64,000 nt of DNA from positions 11,800-75,799 of the forward strand of contig JAOAET010000051.1 in the NCBI GenBank assembly GCA_026416665.1, given 5' to 3'. This document shows, in pieces, positions 18,731 through 27,414 of the stretch; the stretch's first letter is position 1; each line of letters starts with the position of its first letter. Below the pieces are notes generated by a model. The model did no database searches, was not told where the DNA came from, and saw only the letters and a program-made list of their open reading frames with translations. This stretch comes from Candidatus Omnitrophota bacterium. GTDB taxonomy: Bacteria; Omnitrophota; Gorgyraeia; Gygaellales; Profunditerraquicolaceae. A program made the translations under genes and the position numbers.

Positions 18731-19405
18731 TTAGGGTACACCCAGCAACTTGTGAATCTGAGGAATAACACAACAAGCAATATATGCTTTTTCAAAGATC
18801 TTTTTAAAATCTTCTATCTTTTCAGAAAGTAAATCTTTTTTTATCTGAGAACTATCGGGTTGTAGAACCACACAACAGGAAGGTGCGGTGTTCTGAATAA
18901 GGTTTATTGCTCTGTGAATATCTTCTTCTGATGTGCTCTCAGTAACCACTATCTTAATAAATACCTCTTTATGTGAAGCAATCTCTAAAAAAAGGCGATG
19001 TTCATCCCAAAAACTCCGCATACCAGTTGAAGAAGGAAGCTTAAAGTCCATTGCTACTATATCTACCAAATCTATTACCTGTTTTAAAGCCTCAGGCAGT
19101 GTCCCGTTGGTCTCAAGGTAATTACTAAAGCCTCTGTTGCTTGTTAAACTCATAATTTTTTTAAGAAAATCAAGTTGCAATAGCGGTTCTCCACCGGTAA
19201 AACTAACACTCTGTGTAATATTAAAATATCGGCTAAGCTCTGCAAGTAGTTCTTCAGCATCATACTCACGAAAAATACTCTGCCAAGTATCACAGAACTT
19301 ACAGGAAAGATTGCAACCATAAAAACGCACAAAAATCTGCCGTCTGCCTATATACAGACCTTCTCCTTGAATACTTACAAATATCTCCGAAATTCTCCCC
19401 TTCAT
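18731..19405 (-). CDS. queE: 7-carboxy-7-deazaguanine synthase (radical SAM)
   Basis: 'IFVRFYGCNLSCKFCDT' CX3CX2C cluster. Size and context fall between queC and queF. Confidence 0.8.
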   Translation of the reverse strand: MKGRISEIFVSIQGEGLYIGRRQIFVRFYGCNLSCKFCDTWQSIFREYDAEELLAELSRYFNITQSVSFTGGEPLLQLDFLKKIMSLTSNRGFSNYLETNGTLPEALKQVIDLVDIVAMDFKLPSSTGMRSFWDEHRLFLEIASHKEVFIKIVVTESTSEEDIHRAINLIQNTAPSCCVVLQPDSSQIKKDLLSEKIEDFKKIFEKAYIACCVIPQIHKLLGVP

Positions 19406-20094
19406 AATAGTAAAGGATCTTTTATACCTGCTTCTTTAAATCCCTTCTTACGCCAAAGACAACTATCGCAGCTTTGACAAGGATGTTTTTTCCCTCTGTA
19501 ACAAGACCAGGTCAACTGATAAGGGACACCGAGTTTTATTCCGCGTTCAATTATCTGGGCTTTCGTAAGATTAATTAACGGTGTTTTAATCTCTATTTTT
19601 TTATTCTGGGCTCCTGTCTTTGTCCCTACTGAAACTAATTTTCTAAATACTCGATAAAAACTTGAACGGCAATCAGGATAACCGCTGTAATCAACAGCAT
19701 TTGCACCAATAAAAATTGCCTCTGCACCTATTGCCTCTGCATAAGAAACAGCGTAACTTAAAAAAATAATATTCCGCGCAGGCACATAGGTGTTAGGGAT
19801 TGCCTTTTTTTTATCAAAACTTTCCTCTTCTGCTACGGGAATCTTCAATTTATAATCAATAAGACTTGACCCCTTCCAAGGAAGCGTAATCTTTAAAACT
19901 GTCAAAGGTACTTTGGCATATTCTGTTATTCTGCGACAAGCAACCAGTTCTTTTTTGTGTCGTTGGCCATAGTCAAAAGAAAGACAAAAACAGCGAAAAC
20001 CTTGACGGATTGCCTCAAATAAAGTAGTGGAAGAATCAAGTCCTCCCGAGAGTAAAACCACAGCTTTTTTATATATTTTGCTCTGTTTGCTCAT
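19402..20094 (-). CDS. queC: 7-cyano-7-deazaguanine synthase
   Basis: PP-loop 'AVVLLSGGLDSST' and a C-terminal Zn-Cys cluster 'CQSCDSC'. Confidence 0.85.
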   Translation of the reverse strand: MSKQSKIYKKAVVLLSGGLDSSTTLFEAIRQGFRCFCLSFDYGQRHKKELVACRRITEYAKVPLTVLKITLPWKGSSLIDYKLKIPVAEEESFDKKKAIPNTYVPARNIIFLSYAVSYAEAIGAEAIFIGANAVDYSGYPDCRSSFYRVFRKLVSVGTKTGAQNKKIEIKTPLINLTKAQIIERGIKLGVPYQLTWSCYRGKKHPCQSCDSCLWRKKGFKEAGIKDPLLL

Positions 20095-20443
20095 AATAAG
20101 TGGCAGAACTTGAAGGACTTTCCCACACAGTTACCGCACAAACTTCTGGTATACTCTTTTTAAGCTGCTTATAAATAAAAACAGCTATATTCTCTGAGGT
20201 TGGATTAATTTTGGTAAAAGGAGTAATTTTATTTAGATAGGCATGGTCAAACTGCTTTAAGATACGTTGTAATTCTTTTTTTAAAACGGAAAAATCAATA
20301 ACCATTCCTGTGTTATCCAATTCTTTTGACTGGGCAACTACTTCTATCTTCCAATTATGACCATGTAAGGCTTCACATTTACCTTTGTATGCGCGTAAAT
20401 TGTGGGCAGCACTAAATGAAGATTCCACCTTTACTCTATACAT
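20069..20443 (-). CDS. queD: 6-carboxy-5,6,7,8-tetrahydropterin synthase
   Basis: 'CEALHGHNW' Zn-binding motif and 'FSAAHNL'. The probable start is the Met at 20443; the ORF-track start at 20479 would overlap murI. Confidence 0.8.
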   Translation of the reverse strand: MYRVKVESSFSAAHNLRAYKGKCEALHGHNWKIEVVAQSKELDNTGMVIDFSVLKKELQRILKQFDHAYLNKITPFTKINPTSENIAVFIYKQLKKSIPEVCAVTVWESPSSSATYYEQTEQNI

Positions 20444-21227
20444 GGTTGACCTTCTTTGCATTGTGTATAGGACGACCAAGAAATTGTTTGGCTAAATTAC
20501 TAAACCACTCTGGATTATCAGAGACAAAAAACTGTTGTCTTCCTTTACCTGCGACTTTTAGTTGTTTTTCTCTGGACAAAATTTCTCTTACCTCCAACGC
20601 TACCTGCTTAGCTGAATCAATTAGGGTAACATTCTTTCCCATTACTTCTTGTATCAGCGGTTTAAGCAGAGGATAATGGGTACAACCTAAGATAAGTGTA
20701 TCTACATTTTGTTTTTTTAATGGCGCCAAATATTTTTCGGCAACATAAGATACTGCTGGTCCACTTAAAAAACCTTCCTCAGCAAAAGGAACAAACAAAG
20801 GACAGGCAACTGCAAAAACTTTTATTCTAGGGTCAAGCTGTTTAATTTCTCTTTCGTAAGCTCCGCTATTTATCGTTCCTCGCGTGCCAATAACACCGAC
20901 CTTTTTGTTCTTCGTAGCATATACTGCCTCTCGTACTGCGGGTGAAAGCACACCTACGATAGGTACTTTGAAGTGATGACGGATAATAGGTAAGGCTAAA
21001 CTGGAAACAGTATTACAAGCAACACATATAAGTTTTACATCTTGATTAAGCAAAAACAATATATTCTCAATAGAAAATTTTATAACAGTCTCCTGGGATT
21101 TAATACCATAAGGGACACGAGCAGTGTCTCCGAAATAGATTAGGTCTTCATAAGGCAAAACTTTTATAAGCTCTTTGACTACAGTCAACCCACCTACACC
21201 TGAATCAAATACTCCTATTGGTTTCAT
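20436..21227 (-). CDS. murI: Glutamate racemase
   Basis: 'IGVFDSGVGGLTV' and 'CNTVS' / 'GCTHYPLL' catalytic Cys motifs. Confidence 0.85.
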   Translation of the reverse strand: MKPIGVFDSGVGGLTVVKELIKVLPYEDLIYFGDTARVPYGIKSQETVIKFSIENILFLLNQDVKLICVACNTVSSLALPIIRHHFKVPIVGVLSPAVREAVYATKNKKVGVIGTRGTINSGAYEREIKQLDPRIKVFAVACPLFVPFAEEGFLSGPAVSYVAEKYLAPLKKQNVDTLILGCTHYPLLKPLIQEVMGKNVTLIDSAKQVALEVREILSREKQLKVAGKGRQQFFVSDNPEWFSNLAKQFLGRPIHNAKKVNHV

Positions 21228-22348
21228 TTTCTTCTTTCCTTGCTTTTCAAGGCATAAAATTCATCTGATAATTGCTGCTCCGGAATACAGCTTATCGTGC
21301 GGTCGTAATCACGTAATCCTTTATGAATTGCCTCAGCAATTTGTTGGCGGTAAGATGAAGCAGACAGAAGATGCGCTTCCTTTAGGTTAGACATAAAACC
21401 TACCTCTATCAAAACCGCAGGTATAGTTGAACGCCGTAATACACAAAAATTAGCCCCTTTTGAACCAATAACACGACAATCTAAGGATTGATCTATAGCT
21501 GAACAGATATGCCTTGCTAGACGAATCGACTCTTTTTTGTTGTAAGAATAAATCAAGTCCCATAGAATTGCCTTCAAAGTAGTATCTGAACTGGCCAAAG
21601 AATCCTTATAATCATCTAGGGAAAAAGTTCGGGCAGCATTCTGTGCCCTTTCCATATCACTTATCTTGGGAACCAAATAGTAGATTTCAAAACCATTTAA
21701 ACTTCTTTCACGATTAGCGTTGGCATGAATACTTACAAAAAGGTCGGCTTTTGATTTCTCAGTTAATCGCGCACGCTCTTCTAAAGGAACAAACTTATCG
21801 GTTGTCCTGGTCATTAATACCTCTACACCACTTCTACGTAAAAGATTAGCTATTCTTTTTCCTATATCAAGAACAACCTCTTTTTCATATAACCCGGATT
21901 TACTGATTGCGCCAGGGTCTTTACCTCCGTGACCAGGGTCAATAATTACTTTTCTTATAGAGTAAAAACCTATGGCTTTAGGTTTTGCTTTAGATATACC
22001 TACCAACGGTTCAATTATCTGAATACGAAATTGCTCTGGGACTACAATAGAACCGTCATATAGTTGCACTGGACGATTTAATGACTGCAAGGTTCCATTA
22101 ACAAAAACAGAGTTTGAATTAACCTGTAAGCGGATGCTCTGGGCTTGTCTGCGTAATTCTACTGTTCGTGTAAGAATATCATAGCTCCATTGTAGGTTAT
22201 AGTGCTTACATAAATCTACCAGCGACACATAACGCTGTCCATCTAAAAAGTAAGTTGTTAGTCCTGTGGTAGTAGAAAGTGTAGCACACCCTGAGGAAAT
22301 AAGAGTCAAAAATATTAACCCGAATAATACTTTTACTATTGTTTTCAC
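21224..22348 (-). CDS. N-acetylmuramoyl-L-alanine amidase (Amidase_3, AmiC-like) with an N-terminal AMIN-like domain
   Basis: 'VIIDPGHGGKDPGA', 'DLFVSIHANA' and 'VLIEVGFMSN'. Signal peptide. Overlaps murI by 4 nt. Confidence 0.8.
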   Translation of the reverse strand: MKTIVKVLFGLIFLTLISSGCATLSTTTGLTTYFLDGQRYVSLVDLCKHYNLQWSYDILTRTVELRRQAQSIRLQVNSNSVFVNGTLQSLNRPVQLYDGSIVVPEQFRIQIIEPLVGISKAKPKAIGFYSIRKVIIDPGHGGKDPGAISKSGLYEKEVVLDIGKRIANLLRRSGVEVLMTRTTDKFVPLEERARLTEKSKADLFVSIHANANRERSLNGFEIYYLVPKISDMERAQNAARTFSLDDYKDSLASSDTTLKAILWDLIYSYNKKESIRLARHICSAIDQSLDCRVIGSKGANFCVLRRSTIPAVLIEVGFMSNLKEAHLLSASSYRQQIAEAIHKGLRDYDRTISCIPEQQLSDEFYALKSKERRK

Positions 22349-22418
22349 AGAAGTAATAAGATAACTTCTAAACTTTATTAATTGCCTTCTCTTTTTAGAT
22401 TAAACACAATATTCTTTC

Positions 22419-22812
22419 TGGTGGAGGTGGGCGGAATTGAACCGCCGTCCTTAAATAGACAGATACAAACCCCTACATGCTTAGTCAGTCTATTTGTTCT
22501 TAAGCCTTAACCCTCCGGCTGACAGGATGGTTAAGGCCGCAAGCTTCCTTTTGTCTTACGCCAGTTCTGAAAGCTTAAAGAACTGGCGCCAGCCTAAATA
22601 ACCGGCTCAAACACCAGCCCTTAGGCAGACTGGGTTGAGGCTTCGCTAAATTAGTTAGCGAAGGCAAACGCAGGTGTCATTGATGTTGGCATCAATGGCA
22701 TCAACACTGGTGTGTTTGCGTTTATTTTTGCACGGATTGTTAACGCGGCCAACCATGCGTCCGCGGCATGCGTTTTGTACCCGACATATTTAAGTCGAGC
22801 CCTTTCACCCCC
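22419..22812 (-). ncRNA. ssrA: tmRNA (SsrA)
   Basis: The minus-strand 5' end GGGGGTGAAAGGGCTCGAC and 3' end GGCGGTTCAATTCCGCCCACCTCCACCA (tRNA-Ala-like acceptor and T-arm with CCA) match conserved tmRNA termini. An internal ...GTGCAAAAATAAAC-GCAAAC... resembles the E. coli resume-codon context. It lies immediately downstream of smpB. Confidence 0.85.
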
Positions 22813-22885
22813 AATTTTTTAAGAACAAATTTTAAACTTAGCCTACTGTAACACGTAAAAACACAGCTTTTTTTAGTAACCTGTT

Positions 22886-23344
22886 TTATTTTCTACTTGT
22901 ATTTTTTAAAACTTTCCTAATTTTTTGCTCCATCTCCCTTCGTTTAATATCCTCTCTCTTATCCCACTTCTTTTTACCTTTAGCTAAAGCAAGCTCTACC
23001 TTAGCAAATCCCCTATCATTAAAGTATACCTTAAGTGGCACAAGGGTCAATCCTTTTTGTGAAAGAAACCCTGCAATTTTTAAAATCTCTCTTTTGTGTA
23101 AGAGCAAACGTCTTGTGCGTGTTGGCTCGACATTTAAATAACTTGCTTGTGCATAAGGACTTATGTGTGCATTATAAAGATAAACCTGTCCTGCCTCTAC
23201 TCGAGCAAAACTATCTTTAAGATTAATCTTGCGTGCGCGAAGAGATTTGACTTCACTACCTTTTAATTCAATACCTGCCTCAAAACGCTGTAATATCTCA
23301 TAATCACGAAATGCCTCTTTATTAGTGGCAATGGCTTGGTTCAT
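22886..23344 (-). CDS. smpB: SsrA-binding protein
   Basis: 'KGSEVKSLRARKINLKDSFARV' and 'LLLHKREI' SmpB signatures. C-terminal basic tail. Confidence 0.85.
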   Translation of the reverse strand: MNQAIATNKEAFRDYEILQRFEAGIELKGSEVKSLRARKINLKDSFARVEAGQVYLYNAHISPYAQASYLNVEPTRTRRLLLHKREILKIAGFLSQKGLTLVPLKVYFNDRGFAKVELALAKGKKKWDKREDIKRREMEQKIRKVLKNTSRK

Positions 23345-24297
23345 TATAAAGTTCGGATGACAAAATATAAACTTAAAAATACAGGAATGGTAATTAAACT
23401 AAAAAGATGCCCCCAGAATATACCTTGACTTATCAAGATATCCTTTGCATTATATCGACTAACAATTACTGAGAGATTAGTGGCTGGAGGCATAGCAAGC
23501 TGAAGAATAATTAAGAACCCCAGCATCTCTGGTGTCGACCAAACAAAAATAAACCAAAGCCCTATTAAAGGCATAATCACTAATTTAGCTAAAGTAAACA
23601 TTGTGATTGGTTTTAAATACCTTTGGTTAATTCTTATTAAAGCCAAGTTACCACCTACAACAATCATTGCCAAAGGAACAGTGCAGTCTCCTATTTTCTC
23701 AAGTGGGTTTAAAACCCAAGACGGAAAAAAATGCTGCCAACCTAACCAAACCACAGCTAGCCCTAATAAGGTTGCTACTACTGGTGGATTGAATAAACTT
23801 TTAAAGTCAAACTCCTTTTTATCAAAATAAGTAAGCATATATATACCTAAAGAGAACATCACCAGATTAAAACCAAGTAAGAATAAAAACAGATAAATGA
23901 GTATAAGTTCTTGTTTATGATTTGGCAGAAGAGAGGATAAAAGCGTAAGTGGTAAATATCCTGAATTTTGAAAGGCAACCAGACTGATAAACTGTAACCT
24001 CTCTTCTTTTTCCTTAAGGAAACCACTACAAAAATATCCTACTATAAAACCTAATGCTGTGATAGCTAAACTAAGAACAGGAAACAACCACCATTGGGGG
24101 AAAGTATGAAAACTGAAGCTTTTAAGAAGACGGCTAAAAATTAGAAGAGGAAGCGTTACCTCAACTGTCAAAAGGCTTATAGTATTTAATCCACCTATCC
24201 CTAAGAGGTTTCGCTTGATAAGGAAAAAACCTATACCACCCAGAATAAAGCTTGAGCTCACCCCGGTCAAGGTGACCTGAAAAGCTTCCGCAAACAC
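23344..24297 (-). CDS. AEC (auxin efflux carrier) family membrane transporter
   Basis: About 10 predicted TM helices in a 5+5 arrangement. Similarity to the Mem_trans family is by eye only. Confidence 0.5.
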   Translation of the reverse strand: MFAEAFQVTLTGVSSSFILGGIGFFLIKRNLLGIGGLNTISLLTVEVTLPLLIFSRLLKSFSFHTFPQWWLFPVLSLAITALGFIVGYFCSGFLKEKEERLQFISLVAFQNSGYLPLTLLSSLLPNHKQELILIYLFLFLLGFNLVMFSLGIYMLTYFDKKEFDFKSLFNPPVVATLLGLAVVWLGWQHFFPSWVLNPLEKIGDCTVPLAMIVVGGNLALIRINQRYLKPITMFTLAKLVIMPLIGLWFIFVWSTPEMLGFLIILQLAMPPATNLSVIVSRYNAKDILISQGIFWGHLFSLITIPVFLSLYFVIRTL

Positions 24298-24529
24298 ACC
24301 TTTCCTCCTTATAATAAATAATTATAGCAGTTAAAACTATAAATCTCAAGAGAAAATGAAGTTATTTATTCCTAAAAAATAGGAATTATCTCATAAAACT
24401 ACCTCTCTAAGAAATCTACCCTATTATTTACAATCTTTTCTTACTTTAAATTTCTCAGTAAAAATAACTCAAGAATATAAAATATATATTGGCCAAAAAT
24501 ACGTTTACTCTCTGAAAGGTTTAAGAAGA

Positions 24530-24558
24530 TTGACAGATAAACTCTAGTAAATTATACT
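24530..24558 (+). promoter_or_regulatory. Sigma70 promoter for tRNA-Leu (TTGACA-17-TATACT)
   Basis: TTGACA at 24530..24535, an exact 17-nt spacer and TATACT at 24553..24558, 12 nt upstream of the mature tRNA 5' end. Confidence 0.7.
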
Positions 24559-24570
24559 TAGGTAGTATAC

Positions 24571-24655
24571 GCGGAGGTGGCGGAATTGGCAGACGCGCTG
24601 GTCTCAGAAGCCAGTGACGCAAGTCTTGAGGGTTCAAATCCCTCCCTCCGCACCA
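24571..24655 (+). tRNA. tRNA-Leu (anticodon CAG)
   Basis: GCGGAGGTGGCGGAATTGGCAGACGCGCTGGTCTCAGAAGCCAGTGACGCAAGTCTTGAGGGTTCAAATCCCTCCCTCCGCACCA. Long variable arm, anticodon loop CTCAGAA, encoded CCA. Confidence 0.9.
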
Positions 24656-24698
24656 TATCCATATATAGTGTAGGTTATCTAAAAGCTGTTGTGGCTCT

Positions 24699-25622
24699 TT
24701 AGTCTTTAATAAGGGAAACACCTTTACAGGAATTAATTTCTACCTGAACTGTTACATGGTGAATCCCAAATCTTTCTTTAAGCATCTGTTCTATTTCTCT
24801 AATTAATAGACACGTCTTACTTACTGGCATATCCTCTTTTAGATTAATATGGCCTTCTAAGTGGATATCCTTTTCATTTATTGACCATACATGGACATGA
24901 TGAATATCACTTACACCGTTAATTTCTTCAATTGCTTTTTGTATCTCACGAAGCTTTATTCCACGCGGGACATTCTGCATAAGGATATGAATACTTTGTT
25001 GAATAATTAAATAGCCTTCCTTTAGTACATAAAGTCCAATGATGAAGGTAAGAAGCGGGTCTATCCAATATATCTTTAAAAACACTATTGCAACTGCTGC
25101 TATAATTACCGCAAAAGAAGAAAGCGCATCAGAAAACAGATGCACATAGGCAGTACGAATATTTAGGTCGCGATGGGCACTGGTCTTCAATAGAATTACA
25201 GAAAACACATTAGAGAATAATCCCACTAATGATACTATTAACATTGTCCAACCATTAATTGGTCTTAAAGTATTAAGGCGCAGAAACGCCTCCTTGAACA
25301 AAAAAAGTGAAACCACCACTAAAATACAAGAATTAAAAAGGGCAGCTAGAATCTCTGCCCGTTTGTAGCCAAAAGTCTTATCTAAAGAACTCATCCTCCT
25401 ACTTAATCTTACTGCAAATAAACTAATTACTAATGCGGTGGTGTCGCTCAAATTATGTAAAGCGTCAGAAATAAGCGCTAAACTGCCTGAGAATATCCCA
25501 CCAATTACCTCTGCTAAAGTTGTTAAGAAGTTAAGCAGAATTGCCAAAAACAAACGCTTTTCTTTTTTTCTCTCCGGATGATGCTCCATCTTCTTTTCTT
25601 TAGCGTATAGAAAAATTTTCAA
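24699..25622 (-). CDS. Cation diffusion facilitator family metal transporter
   Basis: Six TM helices, 'HNLSDT' / 'HLFSDALSS' metal-site motifs, and a His-rich C-terminal cytoplasmic domain 'HHVHVWSI...LEGHI'. Confidence 0.8.
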   Translation of the reverse strand: MKIFLYAKEKKMEHHPERKKEKRLFLAILLNFLTTLAEVIGGIFSGSLALISDALHNLSDTTALVISLFAVRLSRRMSSLDKTFGYKRAEILAALFNSCILVVVSLFLFKEAFLRLNTLRPINGWTMLIVSLVGLFSNVFSVILLKTSAHRDLNIRTAYVHLFSDALSSFAVIIAAVAIVFLKIYWIDPLLTFIIGLYVLKEGYLIIQQSIHILMQNVPRGIKLREIQKAIEEINGVSDIHHVHVWSINEKDIHLEGHINLKEDMPVSKTCLLIREIEQMLKERFGIHHVTVQVEINSCKGVSLIKD

Positions 25623-25720
25623 GAATCTTGTGAAGTAATAGGCATTCTTACAAAACTGTCTTTAAAGATAGTGAGGAATTTCTTTTAGCTAGTTTTTTTG
25701 TTTTTAACCATTTATTTTCC

Positions 25721-26320
25721 TTAGAATTTTCTGCTTACTCCTAACAAAACCAGATGACTATCAATACCTTCATTAGGTTTTTTTATACTGCAATTAGAGA
25801 GATGACGAAAACGGTATTCTAAACTAACAGCACTATCTTTTATTTTACCTATCTTGATTCCCAACCCTAAGGTATCAATAAAATTAAACTGGGTTGCTTG
25901 TTCTCGGGTATGCTGGCTCATATAAACAAGCCCACTTCCCAACCGAACATACGGAGCTATTTTTTTATCTGGTGACAATAAAAATAATTTTATAAATAGC
26001 GAACAACCTGTTTCTATATTACTATTGGGTCTTGTAACAATAGCAATAAATGGCTCAACATCAACTACTGCTCTTCTCTCAAACCAGCTTAATTTTATTT
26101 TCTGCCAAAACTTATCCACATTATAGCTAATGCAAAAATAGATAGGCCAAAATACATAATGTCCTTTCCCATGTAAACGCCCCCGTGCCCCACCAGAAAA
26201 CCATTGGAATTCATCAGGTAAGGAGAAAGTTTTCTGCTGTAAGCAACCAAACAAATAAATTACTGCTAGAAAAACGATAGATAAAAGTTTATTGCCTATC
26301 AGATTATTTCTCTGTCTCAT
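25721..26320 (-). CDS. PagL-like outer-membrane lipid A deacylase (acyloxyacyl hydrolase family)
   Basis: Signal peptide. C-terminal 'FRHLSN' matches the conserved His/Ser catalytic motif of PagL. Beta-strand-like alternation, terminal aromatic residue. Confidence 0.45.
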   Translation of the reverse strand: MRQRNNLIGNKLLSIVFLAVIYLFGCLQQKTFSLPDEFQWFSGGARGRLHGKGHYVFWPIYFCISYNVDKFWQKIKLSWFERRAVVDVEPFIAIVTRPNSNIETGCSLFIKLFLLSPDKKIAPYVRLGSGLVYMSQHTREQATQFNFIDTLGLGIKIGKIKDSAVSLEYRFRHLSNCSIKKPNEGIDSHLVLLGVSRKF

Positions 26321-26331
26321 CTTTCCCCCCT

Positions 26332-27414
26332 TTACTTATTTAGTTTTAGTCTCCATTGTCTTGATGCTTCTTTATAGGCAATAAAAGACTCTTTTACAGA
26401 GAAATCATTTCGTAAAAGGCCAAAATAATCTATACCATTTTTCCAATGTCCATTAGTGTCACGCCAAAAGGCCCAAAATATTTTTTCAACGTACTTAATA
26501 TCGAGTAATTTAGTAAATACTAACCTAACCCATTGTGCTTGCTGGTGTTCATTAGGATTTTTACCCAACCACCAATTATCTACCCGCAACCCTCTACGCA
26601 CCCCAGGAGCCCCCAGTTCAGTAATCCATATTTTTTTATGCCCATCTTTGTTTCGCTGCATAATCTTATGTACCCGTTCAAGAAATGCCTGTGCACGTTT
26701 CAAAGCAAGCGGATCAAGCGGTGACTCAAACAAATGCACATTCATTATATCAAAATATCCAGCTGCACCAGCATCGTATAGTCTGTTTACCGAAGCAAGA
26801 CCATTTGCCAGCCCACCATTTAACACAAAACAGTTAGGATCCTCTTGTTTAATTGCACAATAAACATCCTTTAACAGCCCAACATATTTAACCAGTCCAT
26901 CTTGCGGCTGCCAATAAACATTAGAATCCGGCTCATTCCATATCTCCCAGTATCTTATTCTGTCTTTATAACGATTTACTACTTTTTGGGCAAATTGGAC
27001 AAATAGAAGATTATCTTTAGGTGGACAATTCCATCTTCCACAACTAGATGCCCAATCAGCACTATAATCAAGTAAACCTAGAATTTGAATATTACGACGC
27101 ACTAACATCTCAACTAGCTCATCATAAAGTTGAAAATTCCAAATCCCTTCTTGGGGCTCAATTTCTTGCCAAACGAAATCAAGCCGGACAATACTTACTC
27201 CTGCCTCTACCATCTTATCTACTGAAAGTAAACGACTATCTGTGTCAGGGTAGTGAAAATTGTTCCAGTTGTGGTTCCAGTGTAAAAAATCTAATACACC
27301 AAAAGGTGTATCACAGATATCTCTATTATCAGTTCCCATAACAACCCCTTGTCCTAAAAGAAAAATTAATATCAAAATACTACCTAGCTTTTTTTTCATA
27401 TGGCCTGTCTTCAA
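26332..27414 (-). CDS. Secreted TIM-barrel glycoside hydrolase (GH5/GH39-like clan GH-A)
   Basis: Signal peptide. 'RYWEIWNEPD' (acid/base Glu in the NEP motif) and 'ITELG' (nucleophile Glu). Confidence 0.65.
   Translation of the reverse strand: MKTGHMKKKLGSILILIFLLGQGVVMGTDNRDICDTPFGVLDFLHWNHNWNNFHYPDTDSRLLSVDKMVEAGVSIVRLDFVWQEIEPQEGIWNFQLYDELVEMLVRRNIQILGLLDYSADWASSCGRWNCPPKDNLLFVQFAQKVVNRYKDRIRYWEIWNEPDSNVYWQPQDGLVKYVGLLKDVYCAIKQEDPNCFVLNGGLANGLASVNRLYDAGAAGYFDIMNVHLFESPLDPLALKRAQAFLERVHKIMQRNKDGHKKIWITELGAPGVRRGLRVDNWWLGKNPNEHQQAQWVRLVFTKLLDIKYVEKIFWAFWRDTNGHWKNGIDYFGLLRNDFSVKESFIAYKEASRQWRLKLNK

Noticed and set aside
24521-24721. 66-aa minus-strand ORF spanning tRNA-Leu
   Set aside because: It overlaps the tRNA-Leu gene and its consensus promoter. 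The Pro/Arg-rich translation reflects the GC-rich tRNA sequence.
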